Origin: a virus
DNA: 64,000 nucleotides
IMG/VR virus record: IMGVR_UViG_3300023082_000009
Span: 30,880-94,879 of that record
Reading direction: 5' to 3' (one strand)
Shown here: in pieces, positions 18,691-27,964 of the stretch
Layout: each line of letters begins with the position of its first letter
Numbering within the stretch: position 1 is the stretch's first letter
Program-made: the position numbers and the translations under genes
The notes under the pieces: model-generated
What the model saw: only the letters and a program-made list of their open reading frames with translations
Databases searched by the model: none
What the model was told of the DNA's origin: nothing

Positions 18691-20184
18691 ATGGCAAACA
18701 CCAAAGCTAAATCCGCTCCGGTTGAGGAAGCGGCTGCCGACATCGAAGTCGGTTCCAATGTCACCTTCCTCGGCTACGATGCCGACACCCCCGAAGCCGA
18801 ACGCATCCTCGAAGCTGGCGAGCGTTACGAAGTAATCGAACTGCCCGGCACCACCGAGATCGACGGCGAAGTTGTCGAAACCGGTTACGTTCTGCGCCTG
18901 CCGAACCCTGACTTCAACAAGAAGAAAAAGGTTCACGCCGAAACCAACCCTGAATTCCTGGAAACCGAAGTCTTCGCCGAAGAGATCGAACTCTACGTTG
19001 AAGGCGACGATGCGGGTGCCGAAGGTGGCGAAGCTGCCGACGCGGGCGCTGATGCCCCAGGCGATGATGACCCTCTGACCTACGAAGAGCTGGCCGGTTA
19101 CGACAAAGCCCAGCTGCTCGAATTCGCAGAAGTCAACGAAGTCAAGCTGACCGCAGCTGACAAGAAAACCGACAAGGCGCTCCTGGCCAAGCTGGCTGCC
19201 GTCTACGAGCTGAGCCCTGCCGAGCCTGCCCCTACCAAGGCACCGGCCAAACCAGCAGCCAAAACTGCCGCAGCCAAGCCTGCCGCCGAAGCGCCTGCTG
19301 CCAAGCCTGAAACCGCCGCAGCCAAGAAAAAGCGTGAAGCTGCCGAAGCCGCGCAGAAGACCGCAGCCGCTGCCAAGAACAAAGGCGTGAACAAGTCGCC
19401 CGAAGGCGAAGTCGATCCTGACGAAGTGCCGGACCTGGACAACGAAGACGATGCCGTTCTGGCGTTGATCGACGGTGACGTGGATCTGGTCGAAGTAGCC
19501 CAGGAACTGGAATCGGCGGTGGCCGTGTCCGAGTACCAACTCGGCGGCGTGCTGTACCACATCAAAAAAGAAAAAGTGCATCTGGCCGTCGACAAGAAGG
19601 GCAAGCTGCTCAACCCTGAATACGGCGAAACGGGCGGCTTCAAGCTGTTCCTCCAGGAGAACTTCAACCTGGACTACCGCAAGGCCACCTACCTGATCGA
19701 CATCTACATCAACTTCACCCAGGCCGGTATCGAAAACCCGTCCGAAGTTGTTGGCCGTATCGGCTGGACCAAGGCAAGCAAGATCGCCAAGCCGCTGGGC
19801 CTGCCTGACGCTGACGTAGAAGGCCTGATCCAGGCTGCCGAGAACAACACCGTTCAAGACCTGTCTACCATCATCAAAGATGAATTCACGGTCGGCGGCG
19901 GTGAGGGCGCCAGCAAAGGCTCCGAAGGTACCAAGGTCAATCGCCTGACCCTGCGCTTCCGCTTCGTTGAAGAAGAAGCCAACGTGGTCGAGGACATCCT
20001 CAAGGAAGCCGCTGAGAAACTCGGCGTCAAAGAAGATGAAGCCTTGTTCCAGATCCTGACCGAGTATCACGCACAAGCCCTGACCGGCGACGCTGATGCC
20101 CAGGACGTGGAAGACACTGCCAAGGCAGCGGCCAACGCCAAGCCAGCTACACGCGGTAAGCCTCGTGGCGCAGCTCGTGCCTAA
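18691..20184 (+). CDS. acidic multidomain putative DNA-binding protein (HeH/Rho-N-like, AKP-rich linker, DUF3102/HTH-like, RHH-like C-terminus)
   Basis: Strongly biased codons; own promoter and terminator; LGGVLYHIK...FKLFLQENFNLDYRKATYLIDIY...IGWTKA. Confidence 0.6.
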   Translation: MANTKAKSAPVEEAAADIEVGSNVTFLGYDADTPEAERILEAGERYEVIELPGTTEIDGEVVETGYVLRLPNPDFNKKKKVHAETNPEFLETEVFAEEIELYVEGDDAGAEGGEAADAGADAPGDDDPLTYEELAGYDKAQLLEFAEVNEVKLTAADKKTDKALLAKLAAVYELSPAEPAPTKAPAKPAAKTAAAKPAAEAPAAKPETAAAKKKREAAEAAQKTAAAAKNKGVNKSPEGEVDPDEVPDLDNEDDAVLALIDGDVDLVEVAQELESAVAVSEYQLGGVLYHIKKEKVHLAVDKKGKLLNPEYGETGGFKLFLQENFNLDYRKATYLIDIYINFTQAGIENPSEVVGRIGWTKASKIAKPLGLPDADVEGLIQAAENNTVQDLSTIIKDEFTVGGGEGASKGSEGTKVNRLTLRFRFVEEEANVVEDILKEAAEKLGVKEDEALFQILTEYHAQALTGDADAQDVEDTAKAAANAKPATRGKPRGAARA

Positions 20185-20202
20185 CTGACCCGCAGCAACC
20201 AG

Positions 20203-20232
20203 AAAAGGCACCCACTACCGGGTGCCTTTTTT
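20203..20232 (+). terminator. intrinsic terminator
   Basis: AAAAGGCACCC-ACTACC-GGGTGCCTTTTTT. Confidence 0.85.
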
Positions 20233-20252
20233 ACTTGACCAGGAGATCTGCT

Positions 20253-21014
20253 ATGCCAACTCCAATTCGCCCAGGTCGTAAGTCGGTGAACGTGACCCGA
20301 CCAGAGAAGGGCAGTACCCCGGCACGCCCGTCGCGCCCTGCGCCACGGCCAAAGCCAACCGACATGTCCAAGGTCAAACTGCGCCTTGAGTACGTGGACA
20401 TCAATGACATCCAGCCCTACGAATGGAACGCACGCGACAACGCCAAGGCTGTGACTGCCGTGGCCAACTCGATCAGAGCGTTCGGCTTTGTCGTGCCCGT
20501 AGTGATCGACGCCAACGGCGTGCTGGGCGCTGGCCACACTCGTGTCGAAGCAGCCAAGACCCTGGGAATGCTGGAGGTTCCTGCGGTGCGGGCGGAGCAC
20601 TTGACCAAGGAACAGATGGACGCCTTCCGTATCGCCGATAACAAGGTGGCGGAGATGGCAACCTGGAATACCTCGATGCTGGCGGATGAGATGGACAAGC
20701 TGACCGGCCTGTTCGACTTCACCGACTTCGGTTTCGGCCAGGGCGAGATCGACTGCCTTGCGTCCCTGGTAGGCGACGACTGCCTGTCTACTGCCAACCT
20801 GGGCGCCCTCACCGGTACCGCAGCAGGCGAAGAGACTCCAGGCCGCAGCGTTCGCCGTGCGCCGCTCCAGGCCCGCATCGTGATCGGTGAGCTGACCTTC
20901 TTTGTCCCCGCCGAGCAGTACCGTAACTGGGTGCAGGGTCTGCGCGATCTGCACGACTTCAAAGACGAAGACATTGCGGCTGATCTGAAACGCCGCCTGG
21001 GGTTCCACGAATGA
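20253..21014 (+). CDS. ParB/Srx N-terminal domain protein
   Basis: IQPYEWNAR...SIRAFGFVVPVVID...AGHTR..AA...RIADNK. Confidence 0.9.
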   Translation: MPTPIRPGRKSVNVTRPEKGSTPARPSRPAPRPKPTDMSKVKLRLEYVDINDIQPYEWNARDNAKAVTAVANSIRAFGFVVPVVIDANGVLGAGHTRVEAAKTLGMLEVPAVRAEHLTKEQMDAFRIADNKVAEMATWNTSMLADEMDKLTGLFDFTDFGFGQGEIDCLASLVGDDCLSTANLGALTGTAAGEETPGRSVRRAPLQARIVIGELTFFVPAEQYRNWVQGLRDLHDFKDEDIAADLKRRLGFHE

Positions 21015-21607
21015 AATACCTCCCTTGGATTGTTTGCTCCATCATCGCCCTGGCCTACCCCTTCGCCGGGTACCTGCCAGCCCTCGTACCTGGGACGGAC
21101 TGGGGCCTCGTAGGCGTCCTGGCTGCACCGCTCCGGCATGCGACCCTTCTACACCTCGCGGTGAATCTGTTACCCTTGGCCTACCTCCTCAGCCTGATGC
21201 GCAACGACCCGCCTGCCCGTGTGATCATGGGCCTGCTGACCATCGTTGTAGTGGGAGGTATGTGGGTGTGGTTCTGGGGTCGACTCGGTATCCACGAAGG
21301 GGCAAGCGGCCTCACCCTCGGCGTGCTGGCAATGCTGGCGATGCGCACTGACTACCGATCCGTACTATCCGTTGCAGCCCTGGTGGGCACCGGCATCGCC
21401 CTTGAGTATGTGAACATACCCGAGGCGTCCTGGGAGACCCACCTGGGTGGCTTCGTGGCTGGAGCCTACTACGGGATCATCACACTGAACTGGAAGAGCA
21501 AGCGGGAGATGGACCATGACGACGAATCGAGTAGTGCGCAGGCTACGCCATGCCCGGCCAAGTGCCGAAGTGACAGCCGACCACATTACCCTGGTCCCGG
21601 TCGATAA
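21011..21607 (+). CDS. rhomboid-family intramembrane serine protease
   Basis: Multiple TM helices; H...HL..N, HEGASG (catalytic Ser), SWETHLGG (catalytic His). Confidence 0.85.
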   Translation: MKYLPWIVCSIIALAYPFAGYLPALVPGTDWGLVGVLAAPLRHATLLHLAVNLLPLAYLLSLMRNDPPARVIMGLLTIVVVGGMWVWFWGRLGIHEGASGLTLGVLAMLAMRTDYRSVLSVAALVGTGIALEYVNIPEASWETHLGGFVAGAYYGIITLNWKSKREMDHDDESSSAQATPCPAKCRSDSRPHYPGPGR

Positions 21608-23072
21608 GCTGACCCCCGACAATAAGAACCCCCGCAAGGCGGACCAAGCCCGGTCCGCTCTGCTGCTCCTCTCGCTCAAGAAGTTGAGCTTCCTCATGCC
21701 GCTGTTCCGTCAAAGGTCCAGCGGCTTGTTGCTGTCTGGCCACCAGCGCCTCACCCAGTCGAAGATCCTGGGCCTGGATGCGGTGCCGGTGGTAGACGTG
21801 GATGTCGAGGACAGCGAGGTGATGAACATCAACCTCCTGTTCAACCGACTGACCAACGACTTCAACGCGTTCGACACGGGAGCCCAGGTCCAGGAGCGCC
21901 TGGACATGAAGCAGGTGCTTGCGCTGCTGGAGGCCCTACCGGACGCCGAGGGTCACTACGCCCTGGGCTGCACCGTGGAACCGATCCGGCAGTTCGCTCG
22001 GGCGGTGGGTGATCAGTACGACAAGAAGGCCGCAGTCACAGCCGGTGCCTTTACCCGTATGAATATCCGCATCCCTCTCGTCGTCAGCGAGTCCGGCAAG
22101 GTGGTCAATGGCGTCAACCGGATGTTCGCCGCGCTCGACCGTGGTATCGAAGAGTGGCCGGTAGTCCGGGTGCCCGACGACATCGCCGAGGTTGCAGCCG
22201 TGGTGCTGAACTACCTGTCCATGGACTTCTCCGTCGACGACGATTTCAAGAACCTGCTGCGCTCCTCTGCGTTCCGCCGCGTGTCGAACAACCGGGGCAC
22301 CGTAGGCAAGACCTACCGCTTCTGGGCCAACGGCTGCCGCTCGCTCCTGGATCGCGACAGCTACTCGCCGGAGTATTGGTCGAACTTCCGCCAGCTGCAC
22401 GGCAACTCGATCCTGGACTTCGGGGCGGGCCTCGGGAAGGTGGCGCCCTACCTCCTGACCAAGGGCTTCGACGCTCACGACTTCGAGCCGTACCGCGTAG
22501 ACCCAGACATGAATGCCGCCGAGCCCTCGCGCACCTACAGCAGGGAGCAGGCCAAGCGATTCCTCAAGGCCATCGAGAACCCCGAGCAGCGCTTCGACAG
22601 CATCTTCATGTCTGCCGTGATGAACTCGATCCCGTTCCCGGAAGACCGGCTCATGGTGCTGGCGATTGTCCATGCGCTGTGTGCCCGTGAAACCGTGGTC
22701 TACGGAACCTGCCGCGACATGTCCGACTTTGACTACGAGTACGGCGGCGTGCGCAACGGCAACTACTTCGTCTGGGATACCGAGCCGGGCGTTCGCCTGG
22801 GCGACGTGTCGAGCTGCCCCAAGCTCCAGAAGTTCATGACCCAGGAAGAGGCTCGCGGGTACTTCGAGCGCTTCTGGACCACTATCGAGTTCTGGAAGGG
22901 TGGCAACGTGTTCTACTTCAAGCTCTCCGATCCGAAGGGCGTGAACATCAAGGCCCTGGGCCAGTCGCTAGACTTCGAGTTCAACCTGCCGTTTCGGGAC
23001 GGCAAGGGCTTGGATCTGGTCAAGGAAGCCAAGGCTGCATTCAGCAAGCGTCTGCGGAGGCAAGTTCCATGA
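21516..23072 (+). CDS. tandem ParB-ParB domain fused to class I SAM-dependent (DNA) methyltransferase
   Basis: ParB1 NPRK...LSGHQR; ParB2 PLVV...VNGVNR; MTase ILDFGAG, DFEPY, FDSIFMSAVMNSIP. Confidence 0.8.
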   Translation: MTTNRVVRRLRHARPSAEVTADHITLVPVDKLTPDNKNPRKADQARSALLLLSLKKLSFLMPLFRQRSSGLLLSGHQRLTQSKILGLDAVPVVDVDVEDSEVMNINLLFNRLTNDFNAFDTGAQVQERLDMKQVLALLEALPDAEGHYALGCTVEPIRQFARAVGDQYDKKAAVTAGAFTRMNIRIPLVVSESGKVVNGVNRMFAALDRGIEEWPVVRVPDDIAEVAAVVLNYLSMDFSVDDDFKNLLRSSAFRRVSNNRGTVGKTYRFWANGCRSLLDRDSYSPEYWSNFRQLHGNSILDFGAGLGKVAPYLLTKGFDAHDFEPYRVDPDMNAAEPSRTYSREQAKRFLKAIENPEQRFDSIFMSAVMNSIPFPEDRLMVLAIVHALCARETVVYGTCRDMSDFDYEYGGVRNGNYFVWDTEPGVRLGDVSSCPKLQKFMTQEEARGYFERFWTTIEFWKGGNVFYFKLSDPKGVNIKALGQSLDFEFNLPFRDGKGLDLVKEAKAAFSKRLRRQVP

Positions 23073-23341
23073 AACACATCACCGATGGGTATCAGCCAGT
23101 GAGTGCAGGGCGCGTGGGCGCTGCCCCTCCAAAGGAGCGCTTCGACCCACCTCCTACTACCGAGGAACGGCGCGTCACCAAGACCCAGTTACAGGCCGAG
23201 CTGCGTAACGAGATCCTCGAAGAGCTGGCTGTGCTGCGGCGCATCATCAAGGGCCGAACTCTGGGCGCCGATGTATGCCTGGACAAGCACGAGGCAGAGT
23301 CCCTGGCCGACCGTCTACAGAGTTGGGCCGGTCGCGTCTAA
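23069..23341 (+). CDS. hypothetical protein
   Basis: GGAGG SD; ATGA overlap. Confidence 0.6.
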   Translation: MKHITDGYQPVSAGRVGAAPPKERFDPPPTTEERRVTKTQLQAELRNEILEELAVLRRIIKGRTLGADVCLDKHEAESLADRLQSWAGRV

Positions 23342-23371
23342 TCGAATGCAATCAATTGCACGGAGTACACC

Positions 23372-24082
23372 ATGAACAGTCCCGCACACTTCCCGGCCAA
23401 CCCTTCCCGCTTCGTCTTCGACGCGTCGGTGGCAGCCATCTTCGATGACATGGCCGACCGCTCGATCCCACTCTTCCGGGAGGCGCACCGCAACAACGTC
23501 AAGCTGGCGGAGCCCTGGCTGGCGAGCGATCCCCAGGTGCTGGACGTGGGCGCGTCCCGTGGTGCGTTCCTGCTGGAGCTGGATCGCCTATACGGCATCG
23601 ACAACTTTGACGTGCGCGCCACCGACATCAGCCCGGAGATGGTGGCCTACATGCGGGAGGACTTCCCCTCGGTGCAGGTCGACCAGCTGGACATCACCAC
23701 CAGCGCGTTCCTCAACTGCTCCCACACGTACGACGTGATCAACTTCACCTACGTACTCCAGTTCATCCCGAAGGAGCTGCAACGCATTGTGCTGGCCAAG
23801 GTGTGCGCCATGGTCAAGCCGGGCGGTGTGCTCTTTATCGGCCAGAAGAACAAGGACGACAGCCCCGCAGGCCAGATGCTCCACAAGCAGTACATCAAAT
23901 GGCGCATGGACAATGGCTACACCCAGGAAGAGATCGACGCCAAGACGAAGGCACTTGCTGGTAGCATGTGGCCCACTGATGAGGCTATGCTCATCGGAGA
24001 TCTCAAAGGCGCCGGGATGGTCGAGGTGGTACGCACCTGCTCCTGGGGTCCATTCAGCAACCTGATGTGCATCAAGCGATAA
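23372..24082 (+). CDS. cmoA: CmoA-like (carboxy-SAM synthase family) SAM-dependent enzyme
   Basis: F.FD..VA..FDDM..RSIP, LDVGASRG, D.SP.M, Y.LQF, PGG.L....K, NGY...EI..K..L all follow the CmoA layout. Confidence 0.75.
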   Translation: MNSPAHFPANPSRFVFDASVAAIFDDMADRSIPLFREAHRNNVKLAEPWLASDPQVLDVGASRGAFLLELDRLYGIDNFDVRATDISPEMVAYMREDFPSVQVDQLDITTSAFLNCSHTYDVINFTYVLQFIPKELQRIVLAKVCAMVKPGGVLFIGQKNKDDSPAGQMLHKQYIKWRMDNGYTQEEIDAKTKALAGSMWPTDEAMLIGDLKGAGMVEVVRTCSWGPFSNLMCIKR

Positions 24083-24092
24083 GGAGACGGAC

Positions 24093-24881
24093 ATGCCCAC
24101 GAATAACGAACGCCCTGGCGAACGCCGCGTCATCATGCGCCGGAGTCGTGGGCAGATGCCTTTCAGCAGTGCAGGCCGGGTGGACGGTACCCCTCGGGAA
24201 GCCCCGGTGATCGACGACGATATTGACGACGCCATCGACCCTGACCAGATCGACGACCACGTACGCCAGCAGACCCGACGCCCTGCCCCAGGCCCGAGCC
24301 GTGGCGACGCGCCAGAGCGCAACCCTGCCCAGATGCTTATGGACGTGGATGAGTCCGGCAGCGCCGCCTACAGCAAGGAATACCGCATGGTGCTGCTGCA
24401 CAAGATGCTGGCGCGGAAGATGCCCCTGCACGAGATCGCCCGGCACCTGCGCGTATCCATCTCCACCATCGAGAAGGACCGGGTGCGGTTGAAGGCCTGG
24501 ATGCGCGAGCAGGCCAAGGAGATGAACATCGACGAGATGATCGGCAGCCAAGTCGCTCTCTACGATGAGCTGACCGCCATGTCGTTGCGCATCGCCTCGA
24601 AGACCTCCGGCGAGGGTGCCGTGCCCGTGGCCATGCAGCTGGCCGCCATGCGTACCACCCTGGCAGCCAACGCTGACAAGACCCGGTTCCTCGGCGCCGC
24701 TGGTGTACTCGATGTGCTGCGCTTCCGTAAGGGCGATACCGGTGAAGCACAATCTGACATCCAGATCGTCATGGAGCGGACTGCCCGCATGCTCGCTGCC
24801 CTGGCAGAGGACGGCGGCGGCATGGAGAACTTCGGCGACTTCTCCATCAACGATGTGGAACCTGAAAGCGAGGAACTGTGA
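24093..24881 (+). CDS. putative terminase small subunit
   Basis: HTH (EIARHLRVSISTIEKD); directly upstream of TerL. Confidence 0.6.
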   Translation: MPTNNERPGERRVIMRRSRGQMPFSSAGRVDGTPREAPVIDDDIDDAIDPDQIDDHVRQQTRRPAPGPSRGDAPERNPAQMLMDVDESGSAAYSKEYRMVLLHKMLARKMPLHEIARHLRVSISTIEKDRVRLKAWMREQAKEMNIDEMIGSQVALYDELTAMSLRIASKTSGEGAVPVAMQLAAMRTTLAANADKTRFLGAAGVLDVLRFRKGDTGEAQSDIQIVMERTARMLAALAEDGGGMENFGDFSINDVEPESEEL

Positions 24882-26788
24882 TGGCCGTTCAACGTAGAAG
24901 CGCCATGCGCAAGCAGCTGGTTATCCAGGAGGTCGAGCTGATCGCCGACGGCTTGGCCAACAAGCAGTTCTCCGAGATGTACCGGCACGCAGTCCTCTGC
25001 GCCATGAACGGCGACACCCGGCTGTTCGACTTCATGTCGGTCCTGGACCGCGTGCCCGTGAGCATCGAAGACTTCATCGACAGCCCTGAGTTCCTGGGCA
25101 GCACTGACCTTGAGATGTGGCCAGAGGTTCGCCGGGCGGTCATCGAAGAGAACAAGGACTGGTGGAAGGGCCTAGAAGGCGGAGCACGGGATACCTGCTG
25201 CCTCATGGGGTGCACCCGTAGCGGCAAGTCGACCCAGGCAATCATCGGTACCCTGTACGACTTCTACATCCTCACCTGCATGCAGAACCCGCAGAAGTGG
25301 TACGGCCTGCCCTCGGCTACCTCCATCGTGTTCCCGATCATTGGCGCGAAGCCACACGTAACGAAGAAGGTTGTGTATGCCCCGATGCGGAAGTGGATCG
25401 AGCGCATGCCCTACTTCCAGGCCTGGGCACAGCCCGACAAGAACATCGACAGCGAGATGCTGTTCACCGAGAAGAACTTGCGGATCACGCCCGTCGGCGG
25501 TAGCGAGGATGCGATCCTGGGTGAGGCGACCATCGGTGGCATCATCGACGAGATCAACTTCATGAACGTGGTGCAGAAGTCGAAGAAGGCCGAGGTGTCC
25601 ACCGGGCGGTCCGGCGTCTACGATCAGGCAGCGCAGATCTTCGATACGTTCAGCCGCCGTCGCCGTGGTACGTTCGCCAAACGCTTCCCGCAGATCGGCA
25701 AGATCTTCGCGGTGTCGTCCACTCGGTACCGGGGCGACTTCACCGACAAGCTCAAGGCCGACGTGATCAAGCACGACATGAAGAACGTCTACATCTTCGA
25801 CAAGAAGCAGTACGAGGTTCAGCCTGCATCCAACTACTGCGGCCAGACCTTCCGCCTTCTGATCGGTAACGATGTGCAGCACGAGACCCGCGTGCTCCGG
25901 GACGACGAGGAAGTGATCGAAGGCGCCTGGGTGGAGAACGTGCCTATCGAATGCCTCCAGGACTTCCAGCGTAAGCCGTACGACGCGCTGCGGGACATCC
26001 TGGGCCTGTCGTCCAACGTGATCAGCCCGTTCATCAAATCGCGCCACAAGGTCTACGAGTGCGTGGAGGCTGGCCGGGAGGTTGGGCTGGAGTCCTTCCT
26101 CATCCGCGACCACGTTATCCTGGGCGAGCACGGGATGCCGCAGGTCAAGCATGCCCACTATTGCAAGAACCCATCGCGCCCTCGCTATGTTCACATCGAC
26201 TTGTCGCAAACGGGTGACCGGTGTGGGATCGCGATGATCCGATTCGATGGCATGATGCACCTACAGCGGAGTGGTGACTTGACCGAGCTGCTGCCCACCG
26301 GGGCGGTAGAGATGGCTTGCTCCATTCAGCCGGATGCAAACAACGAGATCGACATCGCCGAGGTACGGGCCTTCGTCAAGAACCTGAGCCGGTTGTATGG
26401 CTACCCCATCAAGGGCGTGTCCTATGACGGCTTCGATAGTCGCGAGTCTATCCAGGCGTGGCGCAAGGATCGGATGCCTACCAAGATCATCTCGATGGAC
26501 CGCACGAGCGCACCCTACAAGCAGTTCCGGGACGCGCTGTACGACCGTCGGATTGGTCTGCTCGATGACGCGGACGTGACCAGCGAGATCCTTGAACTGG
26601 AGTACGACGAGTCGAAGGACAAGGTAGACCACACCATCGTCGGCAAGAAGGACGTGGCGGATGCGATCTGCGGTGCGTACACCAACATGCTGGAGCGCCG
26701 GAGCACCTGGGAAGGCGTGGATGAATCCCTGGCCGAGTCTGGCCGATACGATGGCGAGCGGTTCGGGGACGAACCACGCCCACACTAG
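24878..26788 (+). CDS. terL: terminase large subunit
   Basis: Walker A GCTRSGKS, Walker B GIIDE, RNase H-like nuclease YVHIDLS...SYDG...KDVADA. Confidence 0.9.
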   Translation: MMAVQRRSAMRKQLVIQEVELIADGLANKQFSEMYRHAVLCAMNGDTRLFDFMSVLDRVPVSIEDFIDSPEFLGSTDLEMWPEVRRAVIEENKDWWKGLEGGARDTCCLMGCTRSGKSTQAIIGTLYDFYILTCMQNPQKWYGLPSATSIVFPIIGAKPHVTKKVVYAPMRKWIERMPYFQAWAQPDKNIDSEMLFTEKNLRITPVGGSEDAILGEATIGGIIDEINFMNVVQKSKKAEVSTGRSGVYDQAAQIFDTFSRRRRGTFAKRFPQIGKIFAVSSTRYRGDFTDKLKADVIKHDMKNVYIFDKKQYEVQPASNYCGQTFRLLIGNDVQHETRVLRDDEEVIEGAWVENVPIECLQDFQRKPYDALRDILGLSSNVISPFIKSRHKVYECVEAGREVGLESFLIRDHVILGEHGMPQVKHAHYCKNPSRPRYVHIDLSQTGDRCGIAMIRFDGMMHLQRSGDLTELLPTGAVEMACSIQPDANNEIDIAEVRAFVKNLSRLYGYPIKGVSYDGFDSRESIQAWRKDRMPTKIISMDRTSAPYKQFRDALYDRRIGLLDDADVTSEILELEYDESKDKVDHTIVGKKDVADAICGAYTNMLERRSTWEGVDESLAESGRYDGERFGDEPRPH

Positions 26789-26798
26789 GAGCAGGACC

Positions 26799-27113
26799 AT
26801 GATGACTTTCTTTGCAGTAGCCGGGATGGTGTGGCTCACGCTGATGGCGATACGCGTGCCCGCCCTCTACCGTGAGTCCAAGATCTTCGTAATGTCGTTC
26901 GTCAAGGGCGGCGGGTACACGAAGCTCCAGGCCCGCTGGGTGACTTTCCGTTGGGTGATCCTGCCCAGCCTCGGGGCGGCGCCGTCGCTTGTGTTCCTTG
27001 AATGGAGCCTGTTCTACACCGCACCATCTGCCCCAGAGATCCACGAAGCAGCCAAAGCCATCGACAAGTTCCTCAAGGAACGTCAGGCCAACGCAATCAA
27101 CGAAGGGAAGTAA
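26799..27113 (+). CDS. small membrane protein
   Basis: SD; two hydrophobic segments. Confidence 0.6.
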   Translation: MMTFFAVAGMVWLTLMAIRVPALYRESKIFVMSFVKGGGYTKLQARWVTFRWVILPSLGAAPSLVFLEWSLFYTAPSAPEIHEAAKAIDKFLKERQANAINEGK

Positions 27114-27115
27114 CC

Positions 27116-27964
27116 ATGCAACAGTACCGCGAATTGATCAGCGACATCCTCCTGCGCGGCGAGGAGCGCAAATGGCGCAACGGCCACACCGGCATCAGTA
27201 TCTTCGATGCCCGGATGGAGTTCGACTTGCGTGAAGGCTTCCCGCTCGAAGGGCTCAAGAAGGTGCCGTTCAAGACCGGGGTGGTAGGTGAGCTGATCGG
27301 CTTCATTCGCGGGTACACCAACGCTGCGGACTTCCGTGCCCTGGGCTGCAACGTCTGGAACCAGAACGCCAACGAAGAGCCGAGCTGGCTGAACAACCCG
27401 GCACGTAAAGGGCACGACGACCTGGGCCGCATCTACGGTGCGCAATGGCGGGACATCCGCGTCCAGGACGGCGGTAGCTACGCGGTGGTCGACCAGCTCT
27501 GGCAACTCCTGGCTGGCCTGCGCAGCGACCCGCACGGGCGGCGTCACGTAGTGTCCGCCTGGAACCCGGCTGAGCTGCACCTCATGGCCCTGCCTCCTTG
27601 CCACATGTTCTTCCAGTGCTACGTGAGCAACGACGGGCACCTGGACCTCAAGATGTACCAGCGCAGTGCGGACGCCTTCCTGGGCATCCCGTTCAACATC
27701 GCCAGCTACGCGACGCTGATGCACATCCTGGCCCACTTCTGCAACCTCGTGCCGCGTCGTCTGATCATGGACCTGGGCGATGCCCACCTGTACACGAACC
27801 AGATTGATCTGGCCCACGAGATGCTCAAGCGTTCGTGCCCGGAACTGCCCGACCTGGAGTTGAACACCGACGGGTGGGAAAGCCTGATGCACATCAAGCC
27901 CGAAGACTTCGCACTCAACGGGTACCGTCCACACGCTGCAATGAACTGCGAGATGGCCGTATGA
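27116..27964 (+). CDS. thyA: thymidylate synthase
   Basis: LG.IYG.QWR, RR..VSAWN, LPPCH, YQRSAD.FLG.PFNIASY (Asn = dUMP specificity), HLY. Confidence 0.95.
   Translation: MQQYRELISDILLRGEERKWRNGHTGISIFDARMEFDLREGFPLEGLKKVPFKTGVVGELIGFIRGYTNAADFRALGCNVWNQNANEEPSWLNNPARKGHDDLGRIYGAQWRDIRVQDGGSYAVVDQLWQLLAGLRSDPHGRRHVVSAWNPAELHLMALPPCHMFFQCYVSNDGHLDLKMYQRSADAFLGIPFNIASYATLMHILAHFCNLVPRRLIMDLGDAHLYTNQIDLAHEMLKRSCPELPDLELNTDGWESLMHIKPEDFALNGYRPHAAMNCEMAV

Noticed and set aside
27116-27964. Pyrimidine hydroxymethylase (hmC/hmU synthesis)
   Set aside because: Motifs are canonical ThyA, including PFN.
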